32,000 nt of DNA, taken from Desulfotalea psychrophila LSv54. GTDB taxonomy: Bacteria; Desulfobacterota; Desulfobulbia; Desulfobulbales; Desulfocapsaceae. Below the pieces are notes generated by a model, which saw only the letters and a program-made list of their open reading frames with translations, ran no database searches and was not told the DNA's origin. The stretch is taken from positions 2,190,001 through 2,222,000 of the forward strand of contig NC_006138.1 of NCBI RefSeq assembly GCF_000025945.1, in the 5' to 3' direction. A program made the translations under genes and the position numbers. Shown in pieces: positions 1 to 9,714 of this stretch (positions within the stretch are counted from its first letter, which is position 1; each line of letters opens with the position of its first letter).

Positions 1-51
1 CTAAAAAAAAAATTGCCCTTCTGAGCAAAACAGAGCGAATCACATTAATTG

Positions 52-1710
52 TTATAAGATATCGAGGATACGAGCCTGCCAGCTGACCCTCTCTTTAAAA
101 CGATTAATGGTAGGAGTAAAAATTATTTTCACCGTTGAGCCGGCAATGACGTTCCGTCCCTTTTCACCAAGGTTAAAGCCGATGGCCTTTATATTGTCGC
201 CGTATTTCCCTCTGATTGTCAGCTGCAGATGCTCTTTACTCTGACCTACGGGTCTTGCTGCGACGATAAGGGCGTGGGCATCATAAAATGTTGGTTGAGG
301 ATTTCCTGGACCGAATGGTTCCATTTTTTGGTAGAGGGCTAAGCTGTCCGGGTTGAAAACCTGCTCAACGGAGGCGTCAAGCTCATATCTGCTTTCCTGC
401 TTAATCTCCTTCACCTCTGCCCTCTGTAGATTCTCTACAAATGCCGACCTGAAGGCGGCAAAATTGAGCGGGGACATGCTCATGCCGGCGGCCATTTTAT
501 GACCACCAAATTTTTTTAACAGAAAAGAGGTCTCGGTTATTACATCGAGAATATTAATTTCCTCGATGGAGCGGGCTGAACCCTTAAGGTCGCCATCCGC
601 AGCCCGAGAAAAAACTATTGCCGGTAGATGAAAACGATCCACCAGCCTGGATGCCAGTATCCCTAAAATTCCTTCAAAAAAGTCACCCTCAACAATAATG
701 CAAGCATCTGCCTTGATCGTCTCTATATGGAGAAGTGTCTCTATCTCAGCCATATTTTCTTTACAGAGTAACTTCCTGTCGTTGTTGAGCTTGGTCAGCG
801 TTTTGGCAATTTTATAGGCCGGTTCTGCCTCTTTACTTGTCAATAACTCTACAACTTGATGGGCCACACCATACCTGCCCGCGGCATTGACCTTGGGTGC
901 CAGATTAAAGCCGATATCATCTGAGGTTACCGAGCCATCGGCAATGTCAGATGACTCTAGCAATGCCTGTAGGCCAATAAATTCTGTGCGGGCAAATGAC
1001 TCTACCCCGGCCTTAACCAGGAGCCGATTTACAGGGGTGAGGGGGACAACATCGGCCAGGGTGCCAAAGGCGACAAAGCCGAGAAAGGATTTTAAATTTG
1101 GCGTAGATTGGCTGTATTTGCCATTCAGCTCACCTGAGACAAGGGCATTGCGAACACCTGCAACCAGATAGAAGGCAACCCCAACCCCTGCCAGAGATGT
1201 CCCATAAAAGGGGCATTTTTCGTTACTGGGATTTAATACTGTACAGTTGGGAACTCTTTTGGGTAGTTGGTGGTGATCGGTGACAATTACTCTGCCGCCC
1301 CTCTTCTTTATGGCCTCTATTTCAGTAGCGTTAGAGATACCGCAATCTACGGTAATGAGAAGAAAGTGCTCCTCCGCCCAAGGAAGATTTTGAAAATAGG
1401 TAAGGTTTAGACCGTAGCCCTCGGTAAGCCTACTGGGGATATGCCAGTAGACCTTAACGTCTATCCTCTCAAAAAAATTTACCAGAATCGAGGTCCCCGT
1501 CGTGCCATCGACATCATAGTCACCCCAGATAAGAATGGGCAGACCTTCATCTATGGCCCGGAGAACTTCTGCCACGGCCTCCTTCATGCCCAGCATGGTA
1601 AAAGGGTGTGGCAGAGAGGAGAGCCGGGGGGAGAGAAATTCTTCTATTGCCTGCGCCTCTTGGTATCCTCGCAGAGAGAGGATCTGTTCGATTGGATTTT
1701 TTCTGGACAC
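52..1710 (-). CDS. recJ: Single-stranded-DNA-specific exonuclease RecJ (DHH/DHHA1 family)
   Basis: 552-aa ORF with DHH-family motifs WGDYDVDGTTG, VDCGIS and VTDHH, plus a C-terminal GGHKMAAGM motif. Confidence 0.95.
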   Translation of the reverse strand: MSRKNPIEQILSLRGYQEAQAIEEFLSPRLSSLPHPFTMLGMKEAVAEVLRAIDEGLPILIWGDYDVDGTTGTSILVNFFERIDVKVYWHIPSRLTEGYGLNLTYFQNLPWAEEHFLLITVDCGISNATEIEAIKKRGGRVIVTDHHQLPKRVPNCTVLNPSNEKCPFYGTSLAGVGVAFYLVAGVRNALVSGELNGKYSQSTPNLKSFLGFVAFGTLADVVPLTPVNRLLVKAGVESFARTEFIGLQALLESSDIADGSVTSDDIGFNLAPKVNAAGRYGVAHQVVELLTSKEAEPAYKIAKTLTKLNNDRKLLCKENMAEIETLLHIETIKADACIIVEGDFFEGILGILASRLVDRFHLPAIVFSRAADGDLKGSARSIEEINILDVITETSFLLKKFGGHKMAAGMSMSPLNFAAFRSAFVENLQRAEVKEIKQESRYELDASVEQVFNPDSLALYQKMEPFGPGNPQPTFYDAHALIVAARPVGQSKEHLQLTIRGKYGDNIKAIGFNLGEKGRNVIAGSTVKIIFTPTINRFKERVSWQARILDIL

Positions 1711-1719
1711 CGCGTTCTC

Positions 1720-2664
1720 CTAGAGATTTTTACTTAACTGGTCTTCAAGCCACTGCCCTACCCTATCTACAATTTCAGCTTTACTCTCTTTTTGATACCA
1801 GTGTAGATCTTCATCTTTATTAAACCAGGTGTACTGTCGCTTTGCGTATCTTCTTGTGTCCCGAGCCAGGAGGGTCTTCATCTCTTCAAATTCCCAGTCA
1901 CCAAAGATAAAATTAGCCATATGCTTATATCCAATGGAACCCATGGATCTGAGTTCCCGGGAGTAACCCATATCAAGAAGTCCTCTTACCTCTTCTTCTA
2001 AACCTGCATCAAGCATGATTTGGGTACGCATATTGATGCGATCATAGAGGAGGGGGCGATCACAGGTGAGACCTATCTGTAACATATTGGCAAACTGGTT
2101 CTCCGGTTTGTGTTGGGAGAGAAGCTGGGACCATGGTTTTCCAGTAATGGCAAAAATTTCAAGTGCTCGCATTACCCGGTAAGAGTCGTTGGGATGCAGG
2201 CGCTGAGCAGAGAGAGGATCCAGTTGCTCCAGCCTGGCATGCATCTCTTCCGGGCCAAGATTGTCAAGTTCTTCTTGAAGCCTTTCCCGGACGGCACTGT
2301 CACTGGGAGGGCCCTCAAAAAAACCCTTGGTCAGGCTCTGCAGATAGAGACCTGTCCCGCCGGTGACAAGGGGAATATGGCCACGGGCGTGGATCTCGGT
2401 AATGGTGCGTAGTGCATCTCGACAGTACATTGAGGCATCATAGTGCTCGTCAGGCTCGACAATATCAAGGAGATGATGGGGGACCTCCCCCTGCTCCTCC
2501 TTGCTGATCTTTGCCGTGCCAATGTCCATATGACGATAGACTTGCATGGAGTCCATGGAGACAACTTCACAGCTAAACTGACGTGCCAGCTGAAGAGATA
2601 GTGCCGTCTTGCCAATTGCGGTGGGACCAACAAGGACAAGGACTGGTTGTTTTATTTTTTCCAT
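1720..2664 (-). CDS. miaA: tRNA dimethylallyltransferase MiaA
   Basis: 314-aa ORF with P-loop GPTAIGKTALS, DSMQVYRHMDIGTAK, PHHLLDI and GGTGLYLQ. Confidence 0.96.
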   Translation of the reverse strand: MEKIKQPVLVLVGPTAIGKTALSLQLARQFSCEVVSMDSMQVYRHMDIGTAKISKEEQGEVPHHLLDIVEPDEHYDASMYCRDALRTITEIHARGHIPLVTGGTGLYLQSLTKGFFEGPPSDSAVRERLQEELDNLGPEEMHARLEQLDPLSAQRLHPNDSYRVMRALEIFAITGKPWSQLLSQHKPENQFANMLQIGLTCDRPLLYDRINMRTQIMLDAGLEEEVRGLLDMGYSRELRSMGSIGYKHMANFIFGDWEFEEMKTLLARDTRRYAKRQYTWFNKDEDLHWYQKESKAEIVDRVGQWLEDQLSKNL

Positions 2665-2678
2665 ATTATGCGATGAAC

Positions 2679-3128
2679 CTAGGGATGTTGAAATGAAAGA
2701 TAGCGACCGATCTTTTGGGCTCGACTGGCACCAATGCCTGAAACCCGGCGAAGTGACTCCGGACTATCATATACTCCGTTCCGTCCTCTCTCTTCAACAA
2801 TTCTTTGTCCCAGGGCGGGACCAATGCCAGGAATAGTTTGCAGGAGTTCAGTTGTTGCCATGTTTACAGGAATGGGGGCAAAGAGCAGGGGCAGGAGTAC
2901 CATGCTTTTCTCATTGATCGGAGCACTGGCATCCGTCTCCGCCTGGACAATAATCAATTCGTCATAGTTTATCTGTAGGGAGAGCTGCTCTGTCTCCTCT
3001 TGCTCCAGGAAAAAGAGAAGGGGGTGAATAAACATTAGGAGAGCTACAAAAACAAGGAGATAAATTCTGCCATCATAGTTGCCGGCCATGATGGTCTGCC
3101 ATATATTTTTCATTGCCACCACCTTCAC
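2679..3128 (-). CDS. ComEA-like helix-hairpin-helix protein with an N-terminal membrane segment
   Basis: 149-aa ORF; hydrophobic N-terminal segment then paired HhH motifs (ELLQTIPGIGPALGQRIVEERG ... LRRVSGIGASRAQKI). Confidence 0.8.
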   Translation of the reverse strand: MKVVAMKNIWQTIMAGNYDGRIYLLVFVALLMFIHPLLFFLEQEETEQLSLQINYDELIIVQAETDASAPINEKSMVLLPLLFAPIPVNMATTELLQTIPGIGPALGQRIVEERGRNGVYDSPESLRRVSGIGASRAQKIGRYLSFQHP

Positions 3129-3247
3129 AGCTTATTTCCTTGCCTTATGGCAAAGCTCCAGAGTATAAAATTTTACCTCGTTAAGGAAAATGTAGCATAA
3201 ATAGAGGCAAAATATAATTTAAATGAGCCATCTCTCATGATGGTGAA

Positions 3248-3745
3248 ATGACAACATACAGGTGCCCTACCGTGGACTACACATCCCATCTTAATATTGT
3301 TCTTGTCGAACCGGAAATTCCACCCAATACAGGCTCAATTGCCAGGCTTTGCGGTGCGACAAACGCCATCCTTCATCTTGTTCATCCCCTGGGCTTTTCA
3401 ACCGACGATAAACACCTGCGTAGAGCTGGGCTTGATTATTGGAAATTTGTCAACATTGTCTATTGGGAGAGCTTTGAGGCCTTTTTGAGTCAATGTGATA
3501 AGGATAATATGTACTTCTTTACTACCAAGACAGAGAAGAGCTATACAGAGGCCAAATTTAAACAGGGAGATTTTCTTATCTTTGGTAAAGAGACAAAGGG
3601 CTTGCCCAAACCGATACTTGATCTCCATCCCGATCGTTGTTTGACTCTGCCGATGCCAAACCCCAATATTCGCAGTCTTAACCTGGCAATGACCGCAGGA
3701 ATTGTTCTTTATGAGGCCATGCGTCAGGTTGGCGAAAACGTATAA
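3248..3745 (+). CDS. trmL: tRNA (cytidine(34)-2'-O)-methyltransferase, SPOUT family
   Basis: 165-aa ORF; NIVLVEPEIPPNTGSIARLC, FGKETKGLP and SLNLAMTAGIVLYEAMRQ are characteristic SPOUT/TrmL motifs. Confidence 0.93.
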   Translation: MTTYRCPTVDYTSHLNIVLVEPEIPPNTGSIARLCGATNAILHLVHPLGFSTDDKHLRRAGLDYWKFVNIVYWESFEAFLSQCDKDNMYFFTTKTEKSYTEAKFKQGDFLIFGKETKGLPKPILDLHPDRCLTLPMPNPNIRSLNLAMTAGIVLYEAMRQVGENV

Positions 3746-3880
3746 TCGTTGCTCCTCTTTACGTTTTCAACAAGAAAGAGAGACAAACAGCAGATATAAT
3801 GTTAGATTGCACTGTTTTTAGCAAGCAAAGGCTTCTTCTGTTTGAAGCCAATATAATTAATCCATAAGGAGAGTAATACG

Positions 3881-4966
3881 ATGGCTGATCGCGTATATAA
3901 TTTCAGTGCTGGTCCGGCAACCCTTCCCTTTGAAGTTTTAGAGCAGGCAGGAAAAGATATTGTCAATTTCAAGGAGACTGGTAGTGGCCTCATCGAAATT
4001 AGCCATCGTTCGCCGGAGTTTATTGAGGTTATAGAGAAGACAGAATCTCTTGTACGTGAATTACTTGAGGTTCCAGATAATTACAAGGTGCTCTTTCTTC
4101 AAGGTGGTGCTTCGAGCCAGTTTTTTATGGTGCCGATGAATCTGCTTGGCGCGGGTAAAAAGGCAACTTATCTCAATACCGGTACCTGGGCTAAAAAGGC
4201 TATCAAAGAGGCACAACTCTTTGGTGATATTGATGTCGCCTACTCTTCCGAGGAGAGTATCTTCAATCATGTACCTGCAAACGATGCCTATCAGGTTGCT
4301 GAGGAGAGCGAATATCTCTACTTTGCCTCTAATAACACCATCTATGGTACCCAATTTGAGACTATGCCACAGAGTAAGAAGATGCTTGTGGCTGATATGT
4401 CTTCCGATATTTTTTCCCGTAAGGTGGATGTTAGCAAATTTGGCCTTATCTTTGCTGGGGCCCAGAAAAATCTTGGACCAGCAGGTGTTACTCTGGTTAT
4501 TATTCGTGACGATCTCTTGGAGAAAACTCCTGCTCACACCCCTACCATGTTAAGCTATAAGACCCATGCCGATAAGGGCTCTATGTTTAACACTCCCCCA
4601 TGCTTTGCCATTTATGTAATGGGAGAGGTTCTTGCGTGGTTGAAGAATCTTGGTGGTGTTGAAAAAATAGAGGAAATTAACAGAGAAAAGGCTGCTCTGC
4701 TTTACTCACAGATAGATGCCAGTGATTATTATCGGGTTCACGCTCAGGACGGATCCCGTTCTCTGATGAATGTTACCTTTAATTTGCCAACGGCTGAGCT
4801 TGAAGCAAAGTTCATCGCTGAGGCTTCAGCCTTACAGATGAAGGGTCTTAAGGGTCATCGCTCTATTGGCGGTTGCCGTGCTTCTATCTACAATGCCTTT
4901 CCACGTGAAGGTGTGGTGAAGCTTGTTGAGTTTATGCAGGTATTTGCTGCAAATAACCCAGCGTAA
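3881..4966 (+). CDS. serC: Phosphoserine aminotransferase
   Basis: 361-aa ORF starting MADRVYNFSAGPATLPFEVL; QGGASSQF, AGAQKNLGPAGVT and KGHRSIGGCRASIYNA motifs; good SD (aaggagag). Confidence 0.97.
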   Translation: MADRVYNFSAGPATLPFEVLEQAGKDIVNFKETGSGLIEISHRSPEFIEVIEKTESLVRELLEVPDNYKVLFLQGGASSQFFMVPMNLLGAGKKATYLNTGTWAKKAIKEAQLFGDIDVAYSSEESIFNHVPANDAYQVAEESEYLYFASNNTIYGTQFETMPQSKKMLVADMSSDIFSRKVDVSKFGLIFAGAQKNLGPAGVTLVIIRDDLLEKTPAHTPTMLSYKTHADKGSMFNTPPCFAIYVMGEVLAWLKNLGGVEKIEEINREKAALLYSQIDASDYYRVHAQDGSRSLMNVTFNLPTAELEAKFIAEASALQMKGLKGHRSIGGCRASIYNAFPREGVVKLVEFMQVFAANNPA

Positions 4967-4973
4967 AGATTTT

Positions 4974-5002
4974 AAGCCCCTTGCTCAAACGAGGGGCTTT
5001 TT
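4974..5002 (+). terminator. Rho-independent terminator after serC
   Basis: AAGCCCC (4974-4980), 12-nt loop, GGGGCTT (4993-4999) followed by T residues. Confidence 0.75.
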
Positions 5003-5006
5003 CCCT

Positions 5007-5876
5007 ATGGATTACGTCGGCACTATAATTCGCCCGCCCAGTGAGGCCCACTCTCTTCTCCTGCAAATAAGCCTTGGCTGTTCTCATAATGGTTGCACTT
5101 TTTGCGGGGCATATAGGGATAAAAGGTTCAGGGCAAAGCCAATAGAAACTGTCCTGGGAGATATCGAAAAGGCCCGTACCCTTTTGCCTTCCCCTACAAG
5201 TTTGTTTTTGGCAGATGGTGATGCCCTTGCCCTCCCCCAGATGCATCTGCTTAAAATACTCTGTGCCATTAAGGATAAACTTCCCTGGGTAAAACGGATT
5301 AATTCCTATGCCTCCCCTCGTTCTCTATTGCAAAAAACTACAAATCAGTTAATAAGGCTGAGGAAGTTAGGACTCAGCCGGATCTATCTGGGCCTGGAAA
5401 GTGGCGCAGATGAGGTACTTTGTTCTGTAAACAAGGGTGCCTGTGCGAGTCAAATAATAGAAGGTGGCAAAAAAGCCCTTGATTCAGGTCTGTATCTTTC
5501 CACAAGTATCATTCTTGGTCTTGGTGGGAAACGCTACAGTAAACTTCATGCTCAGAAAACGGCAGAGGCCCTCAGTATTCTCAGGCCTCAACATATTGCC
5601 GCCCTTACCCTGATGATTTTGCCAGAGACGCCCCTTGCCCATAGCTATGCAGGCAAGGAGTTTTTGCCACTGAGTTCCCATGAAATTCTGCAGGAACTGA
5701 AATGGCTTGTTGCAGGTATAGACGTTGACAAAGCTCAGTTTCATGCAAATCATGCATCTAACCATCTGCATCTTTCGGGCAAATTACCGAGGGATAAAGA
5801 AAATTTCATTCATTTGATTGACAGGGCCTGTGCGGGCAAACTGCCACTCATGCCTGATTATATGAGGTCGCTTTAA
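5007..5876 (+). CDS. Radical SAM superfamily protein of unknown specificity
   Basis: ORF track starts at 4923, but ATG 5007 (MDYVGTIIRPPSEAHSLLLQISLGCSHNGCTFCGAYRDK) avoids the serC overlap and has gaggggc upstream; Cys cluster, LADGDAL and YLGLESG motifs; stop overlaps rlmN start (TAATG). Confidence 0.85.
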   Translation: MDYVGTIIRPPSEAHSLLLQISLGCSHNGCTFCGAYRDKRFRAKPIETVLGDIEKARTLLPSPTSLFLADGDALALPQMHLLKILCAIKDKLPWVKRINSYASPRSLLQKTTNQLIRLRKLGLSRIYLGLESGADEVLCSVNKGACASQIIEGGKKALDSGLYLSTSIILGLGGKRYSKLHAQKTAEALSILRPQHIAALTLMILPETPLAHSYAGKEFLPLSSHEILQELKWLVAGIDVDKAQFHANHASNHLHLSGKLPRDKENFIHLIDRACAGKLPLMPDYMRSL

Positions 5877-6964
5877 TGCAGGAAGAGATAACTACAAATA
5901 GAGAAAAAATAGATCTTAAAAATTTAAGTCAAGATCAGCTTGTTGAATTTGCTGAAAAACTAGGACAGCCTGCCTTTCGTGGTCGGCAAATTATGTCCTG
6001 GCTTTATCGCCCTGAAGTACGGGACTTTGAGCAGATGACAGATCTTGCCAAGGTTTTTCGGAAGCTGCTTGCCGAAAATTCTTTCTTTTCTCACTTCGAT
6101 GATCCCATCATTGAACGGGCAAAGGACGGTTGTGTTAAATTTGGTTTTCGCCTTCATGACGGCCATGTCATAGAAACTGTTCTTATTCCGGAGCCGGACC
6201 GTAATACCCTCTGTATTTCATCCCAGGTAGGTTGTGCGATGAAATGTACCTTCTGCATGACAGGTGGCATGGGCTTTACCCGTAATCTGACACCTTCTGA
6301 GATTGTTAATCAGGTATGTGCTGCTCGGGATTTTCTGGCAAACGAACCAGCCGACAAGCTTATCGGTCCTGACCGTGTTACCAATGTGGTTTATATGGGA
6401 ATGGGGGAGCCATTGAATAATCTTGAAAATGTCCTCACCTCAATCTCCATTCTTACCGAACAAAAAGGGCTCGACCTTACGGGTCGAAGGATTACAGTCT
6501 CTACCTGTGGTATTGTTGCCAATATGGCTCGTCTTGGTCAGGAGGCACCGGTAAACCTCGCTATTTCCCTACATGCAGTGGATGATAAGACCCGAGACAT
6601 GTTAATGCCTGTCAATAACCGTTATCCTCTTGATGAGTTGCTTGAAGCCTGTCGTACCTACCCCATGGGCAAGAGACGCAGGATTATGTTTGAGTACATC
6701 ATGTTGGCAGGAATTAATGATTCAGATACAGAGGCCCGAACCCTTGCCCGTAAACTGCAGGAAATACCCTGTAAGATAAATTTAATCCCATATAATGAAA
6801 GTCCCGGACTTCCCTATAAGAGTCCAGGCATGAAGAGAATACTCTCCTTTCAGAATATACTTCGAGAGGCAAATTATTCGGTCTTTATTAGAAATAGTCG
6901 TGGTGAAGATATTGCTGCTGCCTGTGGACAGCTTGCCACCGATGAAACTACGAAGCAGAGCTAG
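5876..6964 (+). CDS. rlmN: Dual-specificity RNA methyltransferase RlmN
   Basis: 362-aa ORF; SSQVGCAMKCTFCMTGGMGFTRNLT, YMGMGEPLNNLENV and MPVNNRYPLDELL motifs. Confidence 0.96.
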   Translation: MQEEITTNREKIDLKNLSQDQLVEFAEKLGQPAFRGRQIMSWLYRPEVRDFEQMTDLAKVFRKLLAENSFFSHFDDPIIERAKDGCVKFGFRLHDGHVIETVLIPEPDRNTLCISSQVGCAMKCTFCMTGGMGFTRNLTPSEIVNQVCAARDFLANEPADKLIGPDRVTNVVYMGMGEPLNNLENVLTSISILTEQKGLDLTGRRITVSTCGIVANMARLGQEAPVNLAISLHAVDDKTRDMLMPVNNRYPLDELLEACRTYPMGKRRRIMFEYIMLAGINDSDTEARTLARKLQEIPCKINLIPYNESPGLPYKSPGMKRILSFQNILREANYSVFIRNSRGEDIAAACGQLATDETTKQS

Positions 6965-7008
6965 GGTGTGACGGGGAGGTCTTCCTCGCCACAACCTATT
7001 TAGGCGGC

Positions 7009-8169
7009 TTAGATCATGCTCAGGGCAAGGTCAGCCGCCTTTGCCGATGCGCCTGCTTCGCCAAGCAGGCCATGTACCTCACGAAGGCCCTTCCCTACCG
7101 CCACTCCCTTTGCCCCATATAATAGCTCTTTAATCTCAATACTTATTCGCTCTGGAGTAACCTCGTCCTGCAGAAGCTCTGTTACTACCTCTCGGCCGGC
7201 AATAAGATTTACCAGGGAAAAGAACTCTATCTTGACCAGTTTTCGTCCTACCCAATAAGAGATCGGTGAGGTGCGATAGACCACAAGCATAGGCACTTCA
7301 AGGATGGCAAGCTCCAGAGTCACCGTGCCGGAGGCTGCCACCACAGCATCACAACATGCCATAAGCTCATAGCGATCTTCGCTGATCACATGGATATCGA
7401 GTAGGTCTTGATATTCGGCAAGGCCATTTTCCAGGAGTTGTTCCCTGTCAATGGTTGCGGCAATGGGCAGTAGAAATGAAATTTTTTCACTACACTCGTC
7501 CTGTAGCCGCTTTGCCGCCCGAAGAAAATCTGGCAACAGGGCTGAAATTTCTTTTTCCCTGCTCCCGGGAAGAAGACCAACATATTTTGCCGCGGGCCCG
7601 ATCCTGTGCTTGGTGAGAAATTCTTCCCTTGAGAGTTTTATGCTGACGTTATCCAGAAGAGGATGGCCGACATAGCTTGCAGCCTGTCCCCGCTGGCGAA
7701 AGAACTCTTCTTCAAAGGGGAGGATAACTCCAAGTTGATCTGTTCGCTCTCCGATGGTTTTGATTCGTCCGGAACGCCAGGCCCAAACCTGCGGGGTAAT
7801 ATAGTAGAACACCGGGATACCGAGGGCTTTTGCCTTCTTGGCCAGCATCAAATTAAAATCCGGTAGATCGATGATGATAAGCAGGGCAGGCGGTTTATTT
7901 TTAAGCCGTCTTTGCAGGATTTTTTTGGCAGCAAAAATAGAGGGCAGATGCGAGAATACCTCCACTAGGCCAACAACGGAGATTTTTTTTGCATCGTAAA
8001 GAATTTCAACACCAAGTGAGGCAAGTTCAGGGCCACCCATCCCTGAAAAAGAGAGGGAGGAATCCTTTTCCTTAAGGGCCCGCACTAAATTTGCCCCATG
8101 GATATCTCCCGATGCCTCTCCGGTTACGACCATGATTTCTGAACCAGTTTCTCGTTTCTGCTTATCCAT
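7009..8169 (-). CDS. lpxB: Lipid-A-disaccharide synthase
   Basis: 386-aa ORF; [50 protein letters not shown] and ASGTVTLE motifs. The exact start may lie internally at [11 protein letters not shown]. Confidence 0.95.
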
Positions 8170-8204
8170 AGTATCCCTAGATCTAAGTGCTGGATTTCTT
8201 TATC

Positions 8205-9164
8205 TTACAAAAAGGCAGGCTTTTGTTGCGTGGCCTTTACCTGGGCGATAACCTCTTGGGCTACAGCGAGGGCATTACGACCCTCTTTACCCGAAACTGC
8301 CGGCAGACTTCGGCTACGGGTATGACCAAGAAAGGTCTCTATTTCACTCTTCAGGGCGTCGGCTTGCTCAAAGACCTTGGTGGTGGTGGTGGATTCAGGC
8401 ATAACGTCCTGCTGCTTTTCACTGGTAAACTCGGTAACAGCTATTACTCTACTGGCAAAATCAATGTTTATAAAAGAGTTTTGCTGAAAAACACGCATCT
8501 TGCGACTGTTGCCTGAAGAGACTCTACTCACCGAAACATTGGCGGCCGCCCCGTTTTTAAAGACCAGGCGGGCGTTGGCTATATCTGTTGTCTTGGTGGC
8601 TAACTGGGCACCTATGCTGTGGATTGACTCCAAGGGGCTTTGGACAATGCTTAAAATAATATCAATATCATGTATCATTAAATCGAGAACAACATCCACA
8701 TCTGTCGCCCTGTTTTTAAATGTTGCGACCCGATGACTTTCTACAAAAACCGGCTTGTTAAGAAAGGGTTGCATGGCAATGATGGCAGGATTGAAACGCT
8801 CTAGGTGGCCAATTTGCAAGATGAGATTTTTCTCATTGGCAATGGCTATTAGCTCATCGGCCTCTTTCAGGGTGACCGTCATGGGCTTTTCAAGGAGCAC
8901 ATCTATTCCTGCCTGGAGGCAATCATGGGCAACATCATAGTGAGAAGAGGTGGGGACAACGATGGAAACAACATCGACTAAATCAAGAAGAGCATGATAG
9001 TCGGTGAAGGCTTTGCAGGAGCACTCCTCGGCTACTGCCTTCGCCTGTTCTCCATTTGGATCAACCACTCCAACAAGCTCTACGCCTTCAAGAGCGGCAT
9101 ATTTTTGGGCATGAAAACGTCCCAGATAACCAACACCAATAACAGCTGCCTTAATAATTTTCAT
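8205..9164 (-). CDS. Gfo/Idh/MocA family NAD(P)-dependent oxidoreductase, possibly GnnA-like
   Basis: 319-aa ORF; Rossmann VIGVGYLGRFHAQKY, EKPMTVTLKEADEL, GHLERFNPA and DLMIHDIDI; adjacent to lpxB. Confidence 0.88.
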   Translation of the reverse strand: MKIIKAAVIGVGYLGRFHAQKYAALEGVELVGVVDPNGEQAKAVAEECSCKAFTDYHALLDLVDVVSIVVPTSSHYDVAHDCLQAGIDVLLEKPMTVTLKEADELIAIANEKNLILQIGHLERFNPAIIAMQPFLNKPVFVESHRVATFKNRATDVDVVLDLMIHDIDIILSIVQSPLESIHSIGAQLATKTTDIANARLVFKNGAAANVSVSRVSSGNSRKMRVFQQNSFINIDFASRVIAVTEFTSEKQQDVMPESTTTTKVFEQADALKSEIETFLGHTRSRSLPAVSGKEGRNALAVAQEVIAQVKATQQKPAFL

Positions 9165-9551
9165 ATTTTCCCTTTAGTAAGAACCAAAAAAGTTCTTTCG
9201 CGAATCTCTTTTTGCATTGAGTTGCCCGCTAGTTCTCGCAGGCACATATATAAATTTTGAACTCTAATAATTTTTTAAGCTACCTTTTTTGTCTCTACCA
9301 TAAACACAAAGAGCAATATGTAATGCCTGATTGACATTTTGTTAACTAAATTTTTGTGTGTGTCTGCCTTTTTTGTTGATTTGCCCAACAATTTCAAAGA
9401 AATTTTTCTCACCCTTAACGGAAGTAGAGATAGCAGCCACCCCTTTTTCAGAAATATAAGAGATATTCTGTTTTGCCGGTGAGCAAACTCGTGTCAATAT
9501 GAATGAGGTAAACTGCAATTATCCTTGCTTTCCAATCAGCAGATAATTAGC

Positions 9552-9704
9552 ATGCCTATGGCTTGTAAGAATACCTGCAGAGGGGACAAGGGGTTTTTTT
9601 CAAGCCTCAATATTTGTGGCCAATATCCTGCCTCGCGCATCGAGGTTACTCCTCGTCGAAATTACCAACCTTTCAAGCTCCCCCATAAATTGAAAAACAG
9701 CTAG
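9552..9704 (+). CDS. Possible small hypothetical protein (50 aa)
   Basis: My translation, not on the supplied track: MPMACKNTCRGDKGFFSSLNICGQYPASRIEVTPRRNYQPFKLPHKLKNS; ends 10 nt before the lpxK ATG; no clear SD at this ATG. Confidence 0.3.
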   Translation: MPMACKNTCRGDKGFFSSLNICGQYPASRIEVTPRRNYQPFKLPHKLKNS

Positions 9705-9714
9705 GGCAAGAAAA

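Noticed and set aside
3830-3849. Small hairpin GGCTTC-N8-GAAGCC upstream of serC
   Set aside because: Only 6 bp and no T-tract; could be chance in a 135-bp gap.
4061-4537. 158-aa - strand ORF antisense to serC
   Set aside because: serC motifs are continuous on + across the whole region; nothing supports a second product.
8187-8516. 109-aa + strand ORF antisense to the Gfo/Idh gene
   Set aside because: No motif; Leu/Gly-rich shadow translation of a supported gene.
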